A stretch of 64,000 nucleotides of DNA from Cyanidioschyzon merolae (Eukaryota). The stretch lies in NCBI GenBank assembly GCA_000091205.1, contig AP006494.2. One strand, given 5' to 3'. This document shows, piece by piece, positions 43,843 to 55,682 of this stretch. The translations under genes and the position numbers were made by a program. Each line of letters begins with the position of its first letter. The first letter of the stretch is position 1. The notes beneath the pieces are model-generated. The model saw nothing but the letters and a program-made list of their open reading frames with translations, ran no database searches and was not told the DNA's origin.

Positions 43843-45224
43843 GATCAAAACAGAACACGGAATTCTTCGCTCTCCTCCTGTATTTCCGTTCTTTCCCCAG
43901 CTTTTTCTAGATGAACAGCCTTGACCTTCGAAGCACATCAATGCGGACTTACGCACTCTTTCCTTGGTTTACGATACTGGTCATCTTTTCGGAGCAGTCC
44001 CTTCCTGTCGCTAGAATCCGTTAATTCGTCGAAACCACGATGATTCGCGACGCCCTCAACCCCACGTCAGTAAAATAACCGATACCATTATGCAGTTCTT
44101 ATCCAAAGGCCTCCATTCCTCCGCTTTTCCTGCATCAAGCATATCCAAATCATGAGTTCCCCAAGCTTTCGGTCTGACTGTTTCAAGGCAGCTCGCGGGC
44201 ACAGGGACGCGCTCCGCTGCATTGACGATGATAAGTACTCGACCAGGTTCCTTGACGACTTGATCAGGAGCTCATGCCAAAAGTTCACAGATTGTGTCAT
44301 ATCCGATGATAATGTCCGTCAGAAAGACAAACCATGTTGCCTTGTGTCCATCGATGTCGCGGGATTCCACAACAGCCTGATACCTTTCATGGGATATGCT
44401 CCTGGAGGCTCCCGTCGCTTCGCTTTGCATCCAAAATGGTCTCGGACTCGGACTTTGCTCATCTCAATGATCGCTTCCAATGGGTACTATGCAACTCTAT
44501 TGCACGAAGGGAGCGCGGATGGAGAGAATATTCTGGACTCGATCTCCAGCGTCGATATTTCTTCTGGTCCTTGTTTCACACTAGACGACATCGCTCTCCA
44601 CAAATCCGCTATCGAATGGGACAATGTGCGCCTACGCGCCCGTTGGACAGCGTACTCGCCGAGTTTGTCGCCTAGAAGAAACCCGTCGTCGTGCGGTGCA
44701 GCACTGGTTGCAGATGTCGCGAAGAGCATCCAGGGAGGACTCTGTGCCCTTCGGGGGCATGTATCGAGCGCTGAATCAAGTGCTCACGCGCCACGCGGTG
44801 GCGCTTGGAGGATGAGTTGTGGTGAGGATAAGGTCTCATCTACGCATAGCCTTGTGTTGCCGTTACGAAGCGAGCACAGGGGCTGTATACAAAGAAGGTG
44901 AATATGGCAAATGAAGCATACATTGCAACATTTGCCAATGCACGAAATGCGTCGACAATATCCCCGTGCGGTGTAATCGGGACTTGCACTGCCATCAGCA
45001 TCCATCGACATCAGATCTGGGAGTTGATGAGGCACGAGAGACCGGTGTACTCATAGCCAGAGACAAGATAAGGGAAAGGTAGGCAGTCTCGGAACAAGCC
45101 GCCAACAGCAGGTATCGATGATTGTGCGAAGAAACCCCAACTCGGAAGCGGGCGCTGGAGGAAAATCGATGGACCCGTAAAAATCTTGTCTGACAGAGTG
45201 TGGTGCGTTAATCGAGAAGAGTGA
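43843..45224 (+). mobile_element. repeat family C, copy 2; right arm of the inverted pair
   Basis: See copy 1. It carries the best-preserved transposase-like ORF (44152..44901, 249 aa). Confidence 0.85.
44152..44901 (+). pseudogene. decayed DDE-nuclease-like ORF, possibly PIF/Harbinger (DDE_Tnp_4)-related
   Basis: CLVSIDVAGFH compared with GAIDGTH (D1). LISMIASNGYYATLLHEGSADGENIL compared with [29 protein letters not shown], where the first Asp is lost. SAIEWDNVRLRARW compared with VIERAFGLLKGRWRIL, with the same IE-8aa-RW spacing. Related fragments occur in family B (GYAPGNS, DDIMYQKSSIERIGALF) and family D (GYAPGGSHPF, DDIAFHKSSIDW). The Harbinger assignment is an inference from motif memory and was not searched. 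Confidence 0.4.
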
Positions 45225-45469
45225 AATCCAAATTGCGCGCCAGTTTTCATGGCGCCCCTGCGCATGATTTCTGACACGCGTTCTGTATTTTCAATTCAGA
45301 GCTACAGATCCCCGATCTCCACGCACGCTCGGTCTTGGCTCTCTTCCAATGGTTTGTAGGCGCAAATGTTCGGCGACATCGACGTCCGCCGTTTGTGGGC
45401 TCTTGGGTGCTTACTTCGCAGACAGATTTGGTTCTCCGTTACATGCTAATTATTGTTAGCACAACGAAA

Positions 45470-45960
45470 AACGATCTACCACATTAGGGTGCATGAGAAC
45501 GCACATGTCCAGACGCCTCCCAACCATTTTTGACAGGGTGCTTGCTATCAGTTCCAGCTGCTCCTTGTACACCTCTGGAATGGTAGGCTGACCCGCAAAG
45601 TCGGATCTTGTCAGCTCTTCAGGTCTCGTCCTCATAACCAAACATCGTCTGAAATTGTTGGCGGCGATGATGGCCCGGTTCAGGAACTCCAAGCGTTTAT
45701 TGCCACTGGTGGAACGGACTTGTGCAAGGAGTCCTCGAACTCGCGCCCTCTGTGCCATTCGCTGCTCTTTCAGCTCGCCGTGCTTTCCTATCGTCCAAGT
45801 GCTCCGCTGGCTTCTCTCGATCTCGAACTCGTGAAGTGTATAACCCATTGCATTCCTTATTTTCGAAAATGAACGCACTCGTTTATGCCGTTGGGTAGGG
45901 ACCTTCTCGGATGGATAAGGACTTATGGAAGAAAGACAAATACGCCCCGGTATCACCGTG
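45470..45960 (-). repeat. dispersed repeat family F, copy 3
   Basis: Its reverse complement contains aatggcacagagggcgcgagttcgaggactccttgca, matching F1 and F2. It lies about 250 bp outside the C right arm. Confidence 0.55.
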
Positions 45961-47094
45961 ATGAACGCGTCAGCGATTCACCCAGTAGAGCGATCGTAAA
46001 GATTAAGATAGGAGACACTGCTCGAGGAGATGAAGCATAGAGCGTACGGAGGAATGCAAAGCAGGCCAAGACCTATAGAACTGGCAAGAGCTCGAACGTA
46101 AAGGATATGGTGTAACATCACAGTTTCCAATAGAGGGAAGTCCCAAGATGTCAGGGAAGAGTCATCTATGATTCGACGAATTGGGTGCTGCTGTATGGGC
46201 CTTGTCTACGAGCGAGACTGACGCCGCAAAATATACCCACTGCAGCTAGAATAGATAATGACTTCGTTCTCATCGAGTTCGATCGTACATACAACGGGCC
46301 TGCTCCCAGAATACCCATCTGCGCTCCGACCGTTTCTCCCGAAGAGAGTCTCATGGGCTGGAAAAAGAAACCGAAATCCATGCGCATTATACGAATAGGG
46401 ACGTTCGCGGAATTCAGTAGTTGGCATATCTGTGGAGATCACCGTCATTGAAATTGGACTTTTTATGCGACTGTGTCCGAATGTTCTCAGGACCACACGA
46501 AAAGGCCTTTTGAGAAACAGAGGTGTTTGCGTTGGATACGGTCTTCGCTTTTGCCTTCTCTAAGGTGATCAACGAGCCGTTTTCTACAGTTGACCCCCAG
46601 CACGATTTGAGCACGTCGTTTTCTGGCGCAGAGCGTGTATACTTCTTTCTTACAGTGTTTGACAATCACTCGAGTCCTGCAGTGTGACTGCCCTGAAGGA
46701 TGAATGTAGTCCTCCTTGCACTTCTCAGTAAAGAGTATATCCTATGGGCAACTCGTCAACGATCTATGCTGTACACTGCATCATGATTTCGATCATCTGC
46801 TTTACACTGGGAAAAAGCATAGATTACGCATAGCGGGGGTGAAATATATTTGATTTGAAAGACTAATAAGATCGTTGTCTGGTGCCGATTGCAATTAAAT
46901 TTGAGTAATATTTCCACCCAACACTGGGTTCGCGTGAAGGTTGCGAGAAGGGCTACAAGAGTTAAGCTCTTTCGAACTGGAGATATTCACCGTGGATCTT
47001 TCAGGTCCAAAAGGATATAAAAGAGCGCTTGAAGACATCTCTTCGTGCTTGCTATATTTGAAAGAGTCAAATATGAGAACTAGTATTTAGTTTA

Positions 47095-48822
47095 CATTCA
47101 GAGTACTAAATTCTTGAACAAGTCTACCGGCAGGTTATTTTTGTGTTTGGTTGTTTTTCCCACAGGTATTGAACAATAAGGTTGTCCGTTGGTGAGAGAA
47201 TGGCGGTGGATAGAGTTCATGCCATCGCCGCTAGCATACCGACACGGATCTTACTTGTACAAGTCAGTCATTTTACATTCAGCAGGTGCACCAGCGACCC
47301 TTGTGGCAGTGCTTGTTCTGAACATTGCGTACCCAAAATACAACGTACTACAATGTATATATTCGACAATCTTCTGATTCGCTCATTGTATCACATAGAT
47401 CCTCTGAGAAATACCATCTGCGAAGCCACATGATGTGGGGCTTTCACATCTTTCATACTAGCGGTGATAAACAGACACCGATGAACAGAAAAGTGCGCTG
47501 CGATGCACGACGATTGCGTGTTGCCAGCAGATTGTCGAATTCGCAGCGCAAGGCGAAGGCCCGCTGCAGGACTGACTGGCGTTCGTGTCAGTCGGTGATG
47601 CTCCATTTTGCAGAAACGATCAACTCGTATATATGTCCTCACATAGGGGCGACACGAAGTTCTTAAAGAGGCGACAAGCGACATTGAAGGCGGCATGAGC
47701 CCTAGCGGTGATTTCTTCTGGTGATCTCTTACAAATCGCCGAACGAAAGGACATTCCAATACCTCATCCTCCGGCGAGGCACCTCCTGGATTCCTTCACC
47801 CACATTCCTTGGTAATGCCCTTAGACAGTATTGCTTTCCCTCGCTAAACAGCGCTCAGGCAGTATGCAGCTGTATCTGTCGTTGAGCTGCCCTACTTTTC
47901 CAGAGATCGGCAGTGTCGGGAGTCGGGCCCCAGAGACGCCAAGAGGCGTACCGACCAATGAAATGACAGCGTCCGGACCCGTCACGACGCTCTGAGACTC
48001 GTGTCGAACGGAGTGGATGCTGTGTGAGATCCATTCATAGACACGTGCGCGTCCACGTGGCTCGTGGGGACGCTCCCTCGCAGATGCACTTGAGACGTCG
48101 CTGTGGTCATCAACAGCTTGGCTCTCCGGAGGCAGGAAGCGTGCATTCTCCAGCATATTCAATGAGTTAGCAACGTATCGGACCGATAACTCGCAACGCG
48201 TGGAGGTAGCGAATGGCGCTGGACGTGCACTCGCGAGCAACGGCTGCACTCATGCTCGGTCGGCGAGAGCGTGCAACCACAGCAGGAATCGATTCTTCAC
48301 GGCTCCCGTGGATGCGTTCAGAGCGACAAACACGCGTGACCAGCGCGAGTGCGCACAGTGACCGGTAGAGAAGAAGAGTGTGAAACAGAGCTGCATGCAC
48401 GTGGTGGTGTACGGTGAGCTGATTGAGCGCCGGATGGCGAGAGAATCGAGCGAGACGTGCTTGCTGTGATGCGCTTCAACAATCCAAAATGCGCTCAGGC
48501 ACGTCCTGCACCGAGACTCGAACGCCCAATCGGTATCTGGAAATGTTTCGTGCGTTCGGAGCGTCCAGCGGTTTGTGTCATACGTACATTCGAGGCAACT
48601 GTTTCATACTGAGTGTGGGGATTGTGCTGGAATGCTGGAGACTTGCGCTGAGAAAATCAGAGGCTGGCAGCAATAGGAGCGGATTCCGGCATGTAGCAGG
48701 GCAATAGTATGGTACGGTTAGGAATCCAGACAGGATGTGGCACAGCGTATATAGAGAGGAACCTGTTTCCCATGGTAGTTGGTAGACGATGCTAGTGTTT
48801 CTCTCTTTAAGATGCTATTGAT
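47095..48822 (+). mobile_element. repeat family E, copy 1 (about 1.73 kb); left arm of an inverted pair
   Basis: It is the reverse complement of 55683-57412. ORFs 47182..47433, 47391..47759, 47821..48249, 48167..48400 and 48423..48707 are identical or near-identical to 57072..57323, 56746..57114, 56256..56684, 56105..56338 and 55798..56082. No recognisable coding domain. AT-rich tracts flank it. Confidence 0.85.
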
Positions 48823-49463
48823 TATAGAACAGTTTACAAAGCTTGGGTTCTGAAATTCTCACGTTGATTTGTTCATTAATTGTCTTGTCGACTCCAACGA
48901 GCTCTTCGAGTGCTGTGCTAAATGAATCGATACTTCTTCAAGACGAAACATAGCATAGTGCTTTCAAGATGCGAGGTCTAGTACACTATTCATGTACTTC
49001 TGCATACAATGGAACTCCAAGACCGTGGGCACTTTTGGAGGTATCTGATTTCATTTTCGAAGTACCCCTGGCGGCGAGGGTTGGTGTGATCCGATTCAAT
49101 ACCCGTTCTAAAACGTCATTCAGGAGAAAGTCTCGCGAGAGTATTTCAGGTGTTTGATCGGCTAGTTGCTCATGGGTGTTATTGGGTATGCAGCTGTCCC
49201 AGTGAAATCGTCTGTGAGCTCTCGAAACAACTAAAGAAGCGGAGTACTTCGTAGAGTCCCATGACGAAAAGCATGCCTTGTCAAGCTGTGTCCGATGCTT
49301 CCCTTCTTCTTTGCTCGGTAACCGGTGCTTTATACACAAGAAGTTCATGTTTTCTAATTCAGTCAACGATGCCCATTAAAAACCAGGGAAGCATACTGAA
49401 AACTAGCGCATTCTAGCATGGATAAACAATTATTGTTTGGAGCGAAACGACTTGAGAAAAAGT

Positions 49464-50636
49464 CTACCCCCTTCGATACCGATTGCCTTCCCCGCGGCGA
49501 TGGTCGTCTTTGAAAAGATCCCATTTCCGCTTTGCAGCTATAATCTGGTCCTCAAGCTGCGTATCCCGGGCGCCATGTGTATCATTCAAATCCGTCTCCA
49601 GTGGCTTCTTTTGCGGCTCAGGTTGCGAATTATGCTCATCACGATGTATGTGAGCAAGGCAGCAGTCACCGAAAGGAAGCTTTGTAGGTGGCTCCTCTGA
49701 AGTAATCGTGCGCCCCTGCAGAAATCGTCGAAACGCATGCGCGTTCTCAAAGTACCTCGTTCGCGAGCAATGGTTGTCTATATATACAATTTTCGGCTTT
49801 CTTCGACCTAGCGTCTCCGCATCACAAGCATGCTTTTCGTCTGCCCTTACCTCTTTGACGGATTGCTCGTACTGAGAAGCCAGGGCCTCGAGAGCTGACA
49901 TCTCGCGACCGAGTTCATACCCGCGGATAAAAGCCCACTCAGCTGCAACCGCTATAAAGCGCAGAACAAGGTTTCGCTGTTCCTCTTCAGTATCCGAATG
50001 CACGTCCGTAGGCAGTAAAGGGAACGGAAGCGCTTCAAAAGCTGTTTTTTCGTGCATGCTACCTTTCATACATATCCGTTTCGAAAAATTGCGAACAAGA
50101 TCGCACAGTCTCCGCAGATTCCTCGTGAAGTTGATTTTTGCTTCCCGCACGCCCATTGGCAATTCCGCCCCGAGTTCTTCTGAAGTTAAATTACGGATTG
50201 ACTCCAGAAATGGGCTATCCAGACCAAACGGCCCTAGCCACAGGCAGCCCTGCACCAGCTTCAGGTATTGCTGGTACAGCTGCCGAACTTCGGCGCAGGC
50301 GCCTCTTCTCTCTGCATAAGTGTTTCGTTCTGAAAGCTCACCGAAACCTTTTCTTTCAAGCAACTTATCCGCAAGAATTGCGATGTAAAAGGGAAAAAGA
50401 ATAAAACTCTGTAGTCTCCAAGTCGGAACATCCTCCAAAGCGGAGTATTCACCATGACAACCAAGTTGAGTCCGAGCTACTCGGAGCGTTTCGAGTGCGG
50501 AACTCAGCTCGGAATCATTCACAAAAACCTCTCTCGCCGAAAAAGCTGCGTCGTCTAACGCTAGCCTTATTGCCAGGTAAACACTTTCGATAAGCTTATG
50601 ACCGTTTGCGTTTGAGGCTCGTTCCTCTGTGTTCAT
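49464..50636 (-). CDS. hypothetical protein (390 aa)
   Basis: A long ORF with balanced composition. No domain recognised. Confidence 0.35.
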   Translation of the reverse strand: MNTEERASNANGHKLIESVYLAIRLALDDAAFSAREVFVNDSELSSALETLRVARTQLGCHGEYSALEDVPTWRLQSFILFPFYIAILADKLLERKGFGELSERNTYAERRGACAEVRQLYQQYLKLVQGCLWLGPFGLDSPFLESIRNLTSEELGAELPMGVREAKINFTRNLRRLCDLVRNFSKRICMKGSMHEKTAFEALPFPLLPTDVHSDTEEEQRNLVLRFIAVAAEWAFIRGYELGREMSALEALASQYEQSVKEVRADEKHACDAETLGRRKPKIVYIDNHCSRTRYFENAHAFRRFLQGRTITSEEPPTKLPFGDCCLAHIHRDEHNSQPEPQKKPLETDLNDTHGARDTQLEDQIIAAKRKWDLFKDDHRRGEGNRYRRG

Positions 50637-50709
50637 TGTGGAAGGTTTTTACCACACCGATAACGAGCATGCTTAAAAGAATCTTCAGGTTGCGCAGCAG
50701 CGTCGCTCT

Positions 50710-52290
50710 GTGGCATCGCGAGCGCTCAGTGTAGTGGTATTGGTGTTCCCCGGAGGGATGCGTTCCCGAAACGCTACTCCACCTTGTTTCGTGCAGAAAC
50801 TGTTTCGGTTTTCGCGTAAGTGCACTTCTTTTCAGCAATGCGCTAGTGTTCAAATTGTGAAACGGGAGGCGCCTGGTTCAAGAGTGGTGGTGGCGCTTGC
50901 GTTCAACTACCACAACTGCCAAGCTGCACCACACGTTGGTAGCGAATTCCGGCAGGGCGAGGTTGCTCAAAGGATCGTTAAGTACAGGACTTCAGACGGT
51001 GGGGAACGGGCGGTCTCTGTTAGAATATTTGGGAAAGCGAAAGAGAATAAACAACAACACGTGGAGCCGCCGTCGCAGCAACCACTGCAAAAGCTGCCCA
51101 CGCAGCAGCAGGAACAGAAACCTGAGGCCACCGCCAGTGACTTTACAGCTCAGAACCGACGTCTCAGCAGCTCTTTCGTTACCAAGGCTGTCAAACTCGT
51201 AGGTCCCGCAGTGGTTCGAATAGATACGGAACGGGTCGTGCAGCTACCTGCAGATCCAGTGCTGGAAGATCCGCTTTTCCGATACTTCTTTGGCGATGAG
51301 TTTCAGCGACAGTTGCCGAAGGAGCGCACGGAGCGAGGCCAGGGGTCTGGGTTCTTCATTTCCTCCGATGGTCTGCTTCTAACGAATGCCCATGTTGTTG
51401 CAAAAGCATCGAAGGTAACCGTCACCTTAATCGACGGGCGCTCGTATCCAGGAAAAGTCGTGGGCACCGATGATCTACTCGACTTGGCTGTCATCCGGAT
51501 CGATACACATTCGGAGAAGGTCCCAACTGCTCCCTTGGGCTCATCCGGAGAGCTCCAGGTGGGAGACTGGGTCATTGCACTGGGCAATCCAGTCGGTCTT
51601 GACAATACAGTCACGTTGGGCATCGTGAGTAGCCTTAATAGGTCGAGCGCGGAAGTTGGCATTCCGGATAAGAAAATCAACTTTATTCAGACTGACGCTG
51701 CAATAAACCCTGGTAACAGTGGTGGTCCGCTCGTCAATGAATTCGGTGAAGTCGTCGGGATCAGCACAGCGATTAGGCCAAACGCGGAGGGCATCGGTTT
51801 CGCGATACCAATTGACACAGCGAAAGCTGTCCTCGACATGCTCGCGAAGGGCGAAAAAGTTCAACACCCATTCATTGGGATTCAGATGGTAACGCTCACG
51901 CCGGAACTTGCCAAACAGAACAACCAAGACCCTAATGCGCTCGCTCTTATTCCGGAGGTTTCGGGTGTACTTGTCCTGAAAGTCTTGCCCAAAACCCCCG
52001 CTGCAGAATCGGGACTTCGCCGATTCGATGTCATTCTCGCGGTGAACGGCAATGCGATATCAAATGCGAGAGATATTCAAAAAATCGTCGACAGCTCGAG
52101 GGTCGGTCAGGAGTTGAAAATACGGGTCCTTCGCGGCGTCGATGGAAAGACGATCGATATCAGTATCCGGACGGCAGACATGACGCAGTTTAGGTTAGAA
52201 GAAGAGAAGAAACTGTCACCGGAGGAGGGGCAGGAGGCACCTCCCGGCATAGTGCCCATGCCCCGCCATCGAAGATTCTCAATTCCCTAA
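50710..52290 (+). CDS. DegP/HtrA-family serine protease with C-terminal PDZ domain
   Basis: Trypsin-fold triad context (TNAHVV ... DLAVIRID ... GNSGGPL) and a PDZ region (GVLVLKVLPKTPAAESGLRRFDVILAVNG). A 150-190 aa N-terminal extension precedes the protease core, with a hydrophobic leader and a Gln-rich linker. Confidence 0.85.
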   Translation: MASRALSVVVLVFPGGMRSRNATPPCFVQKLFRFSRKCTSFQQCASVQIVKREAPGSRVVVALAFNYHNCQAAPHVGSEFRQGEVAQRIVKYRTSDGGERAVSVRIFGKAKENKQQHVEPPSQQPLQKLPTQQQEQKPEATASDFTAQNRRLSSSFVTKAVKLVGPAVVRIDTERVVQLPADPVLEDPLFRYFFGDEFQRQLPKERTERGQGSGFFISSDGLLLTNAHVVAKASKVTVTLIDGRSYPGKVVGTDDLLDLAVIRIDTHSEKVPTAPLGSSGELQVGDWVIALGNPVGLDNTVTLGIVSSLNRSSAEVGIPDKKINFIQTDAAINPGNSGGPLVNEFGEVVGISTAIRPNAEGIGFAIPIDTAKAVLDMLAKGEKVQHPFIGIQMVTLTPELAKQNNQDPNALALIPEVSGVLVLKVLPKTPAAESGLRRFDVILAVNGNAISNARDIQKIVDSSRVGQELKIRVLRGVDGKTIDISIRTADMTQFRLEEEKKLSPEEGQEAPPGIVPMPRHRRFSIP

Positions 52291-52501
52291 AGCAAAAGCG
52301 TCATAGGTGTTTTGCCAATCACGGCTTTCACTAATACGTGCAGATGAAACTGATTGGATATCGCGCCTCGGCACTTAGGCTCCCGTATATTACTTCGCTC
52401 GTGTGAGAGCGTTTGGAGGAGCCTCAACAATGTTCATCCTTGCGGATCGTAAAATTTTCTACACCATTCTCTCGTGCAAAACGTTCGGATCCACTTCGCG
52501 T

Positions 52502-53329
52502 TCATAGGCTGCTCTGGTCCATCCGAGCAATCCGCTGCTCTTCAGCCAGGATGCTTTCTGTCAAGAGATCTGGAGTAGGACACTGACGTATCCAAAAGCC
52601 TTCATGATCCATAAAACTGAAAAGGTCTGGAGCAGAACGTCCCGACTGGGCCTGCCGCAGCAAAGGAACGTATAGATCACAAAACTCATACAGGCTCTCG
52701 GAGAATCTTGCAGGTAATCCATCAGTATATGCAACCGTTTCCACTAGAGCGACTTTTTGATCCCTGCTTGCAAAACATAGCATGACTGGAAGAGCGTGCG
52801 CAGCGAGCAGTTCGTGAAGTTGACTGCATTGCTTGGCACTTCGCACACCAACTAACCACAACAGGAGCCGTTCACTGAAGAGAGCCGTAAGTTCAGAGAA
52901 AGAGGCAAGTTCCTGGCAAAGTGCGCAACTCCGTTCAAGATGTGATTCATGCTCGTCCACGCAAAGCAGTAGAGCTACTAGTGGCATACCTCGTTCCTCG
53001 CTCACGCCTAAGGCACTCACGAGGTCGCTGGCAGCCCTCCCAAGGTCTAAGACCTTCAGTTTGGCCAAATTATGTTCAAGATCATTTCGTTTCCGAGTGC
53101 ACTGCTCTTCCAGGAACTCGTGCAACTTCGCACCGCACATAGCTTCCTGTGAACGGAGGACGGTACTGAGCTCCTCGACTGTGGTGAAGCGTCCACCTGC
53201 ACCGGTTCCACCATTTAGCGACGACATGGCTGCTCGTGGTGCCTCTGCTCGCCGTAAAGCATCCAAACATACTTGTGTGCTTGTCGCGGAAGCTTTTGAG
53301 TGGCCGAGCGCTTCCCCACTATAGCGCAT
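52502..53329 (-). CDS. hypothetical protein (275 aa)
   Basis: An ORF with no recognised domain. It may be part of a larger spliced gene. Confidence 0.3.
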   Translation of the reverse strand: MRYSGEALGHSKASATSTQVCLDALRRAEAPRAAMSSLNGGTGAGGRFTTVEELSTVLRSQEAMCGAKLHEFLEEQCTRKRNDLEHNLAKLKVLDLGRAASDLVSALGVSEERGMPLVALLLCVDEHESHLERSCALCQELASFSELTALFSERLLLWLVGVRSAKQCSQLHELLAAHALPVMLCFASRDQKVALVETVAYTDGLPARFSESLYEFCDLYVPLLRQAQSGRSAPDLFSFMDHEGFWIRQCPTPDLLTESILAEEQRIARMDQSSL

Positions 53330-55682
53330 CCGAGAAAGAGCTGCTGTAACCCGTCGCAGAGCAACAAATGCTATCCTTGTGTCGCAGACTTCTCGAACAC
53401 CAGCATGGGCTGTTCGAGCCGCCCTGGGTTGCTGCTCGCCCTGTGCGTCACAGAGTTCATCAGGTGTTCCGCCACGTGAGGTATAATGTGCTCTTCACAA
53501 CCAATATTCGGCCCGATCTATTCCCATGTTGTCCCTGCTGTACACTTCGTGCACATATGTGCACACAGGTTTTGTTCAACCAGCGCCCTCATTTTGAGAC
53601 GGACCTCCTTTTTCTGTAAGATGTTGACTTTCACGAACATGATCTGGAAGAATTCCTCTCAAAGACTGTGTATGTTAGCGTATTTCGAAGCGCCCCGGGA
53701 GAGAGGCTGACGGTTGTTTTGTTGCAGTACGCGGTGCCCAGTGAAAGCTTCTGCTTTGACTCGACTGGTGCCACGATACGCACGTGGACACGTACTCCGA
53801 AAACAGTCGTTTCGTTTGGAGAAATATTGGAATTGTGATAGCTCTTCGCTATAGTGAGACAGGACTTTTGTTTGTGCTTGGAACAACCTACTTGCTCTGG
53901 GACACGTATGACTCTGATGTGAAGGCCGTTCACGCAGCAGATTGCGTGACACGGTCGGTGGAGTTTGCGCCGTGTACGGAAAGATCGTTTGTAACTTTAT
54001 CCGGAGATCTCAACTCAACGCCCGAATTGCATGAGATAGAGCTGCCTCTGAATGGTTCAACGATTCTGCCGAGCCTTGGAGCCAGTGCACCTTGCAGTGA
54101 TTCGAGGACCACGGAAGCCTCCCTATCCTCGCCAACAACTCCGAGCCCTGGAACGGCTTACTCGAAAGCAAGATTCGCTCGCTATCCCCGACTTCCAGAG
54201 GAACGTATTGTGCAGCTTCCAGAAAATCAAACTTTGTGCCATACGTACGATGCGATGGTAACGGATGTGCTCGAGCCTCTGTGAGCGACTCGGAGGAAGA
54301 AGTTTTGTATAAGTTATTGACTCTATTCTCACTCAACCATCGCATGCCGCTGCGGAACAAATCCTTTGCTCTTCAGAGGGTTTCGAGGAAGAATCTTTTA
54401 GTCCAATGATGTATCCCCTTCGGGTCACTTCCCCGCTGTGGCACACACAAGCTTTATGTCGGATCTGAGTCAGTGCGATTTCTCGAACGTCATTGCTTGG
54501 TTTTATAAGAAAACAAAGGGGCACCACTTGCCCAGGGTTTGGTTCATCGCGAACACTTGATCGTGAACATCGGAACATCGCTCTATTGCGAAGCTGGTTG
54601 CACCGAGCCACAGAAGAGCGGTATTTCTAGCAAGAGGCTCGACCCGAAACTCTGAAGAACACCATCGGATGAAGTGAGAGCATTATCACACTGTCCGACG
54701 TGGCCTGTGAGCGCCGACACTCATCCAATATATTCGTGTTCACGAGCTGCTGTTGCATAGAAAAACCGCAACAGCAGCAGCTGCTACAACGAGCGTTCCT
54801 CTGGTGTGCGACACCGGCAGGATTTACATCGGGCGCAGAGCCTCTCAACAGCGTGAGGCGGTTTTATGTCTCAAATGCCGGTGCGAGCCGTTCAAAGCAA
54901 ACATTTTGCATTGAGGAATACTACACTGCCAGCATCTTGTTCATAATAGATTCATGACACCGAGGAGGTTTCGTAGAGAATACGTGATAAGAGTCTGAGC
55001 ACATTCCTGAGGAGTTTGCGCTACATCGGTGTGCCGTATGGAGCATTTTATGGACGGAAAAGTATGAGGGCACGAAACTTCAGAACCTCGAATCAAACTG
55101 CAACATATCTACAAACTGTCAAATAGGACGTCCACTTGCCTTGTCTCTATTCTTCTACAGGTAACAGGGACTGATGCAATGAATTTTTAGTGGCGTATTG
55201 GAATCCGGGCCGAATATCCAAAGAGGCGCTGGATGCTCGATTTCCAATCTGTAGCCGCGCATCCGGGCAAGGTTGCTCGGAAAACCGGTCTATTTCGGCA
55301 GCAGTCCGCAGTTCGCGACCTCAGACATTGCGCGCGGACTACACACTAGAGCAGAGCATGCGGCTGGCCGCCCTGCATCCTGATGCAACCACAGACGCAG
55401 TAGGTAGCCTCGACAACAATAGACCGAAGCGTTGCGCATCAAGGCACTTTTGGTGGTTGCTCGCGGACGAAAAATTTTATCCCAGTTTTTCCACTTAAGA
55501 TCGTATGAACACGAGATTCCCAACCAACATGCCTAATAACAACAAGAGATAGAGCAAATCTATCACAGAATTTGAATTATGAAGGTCTTCATTCGATGTG
55601 AAGCTTTTACAAGCGTTATAAACACCTGCGGATTCGAACGCATATACTGTTGCTATCAAAAGCGTCTGATACATATCCTACA

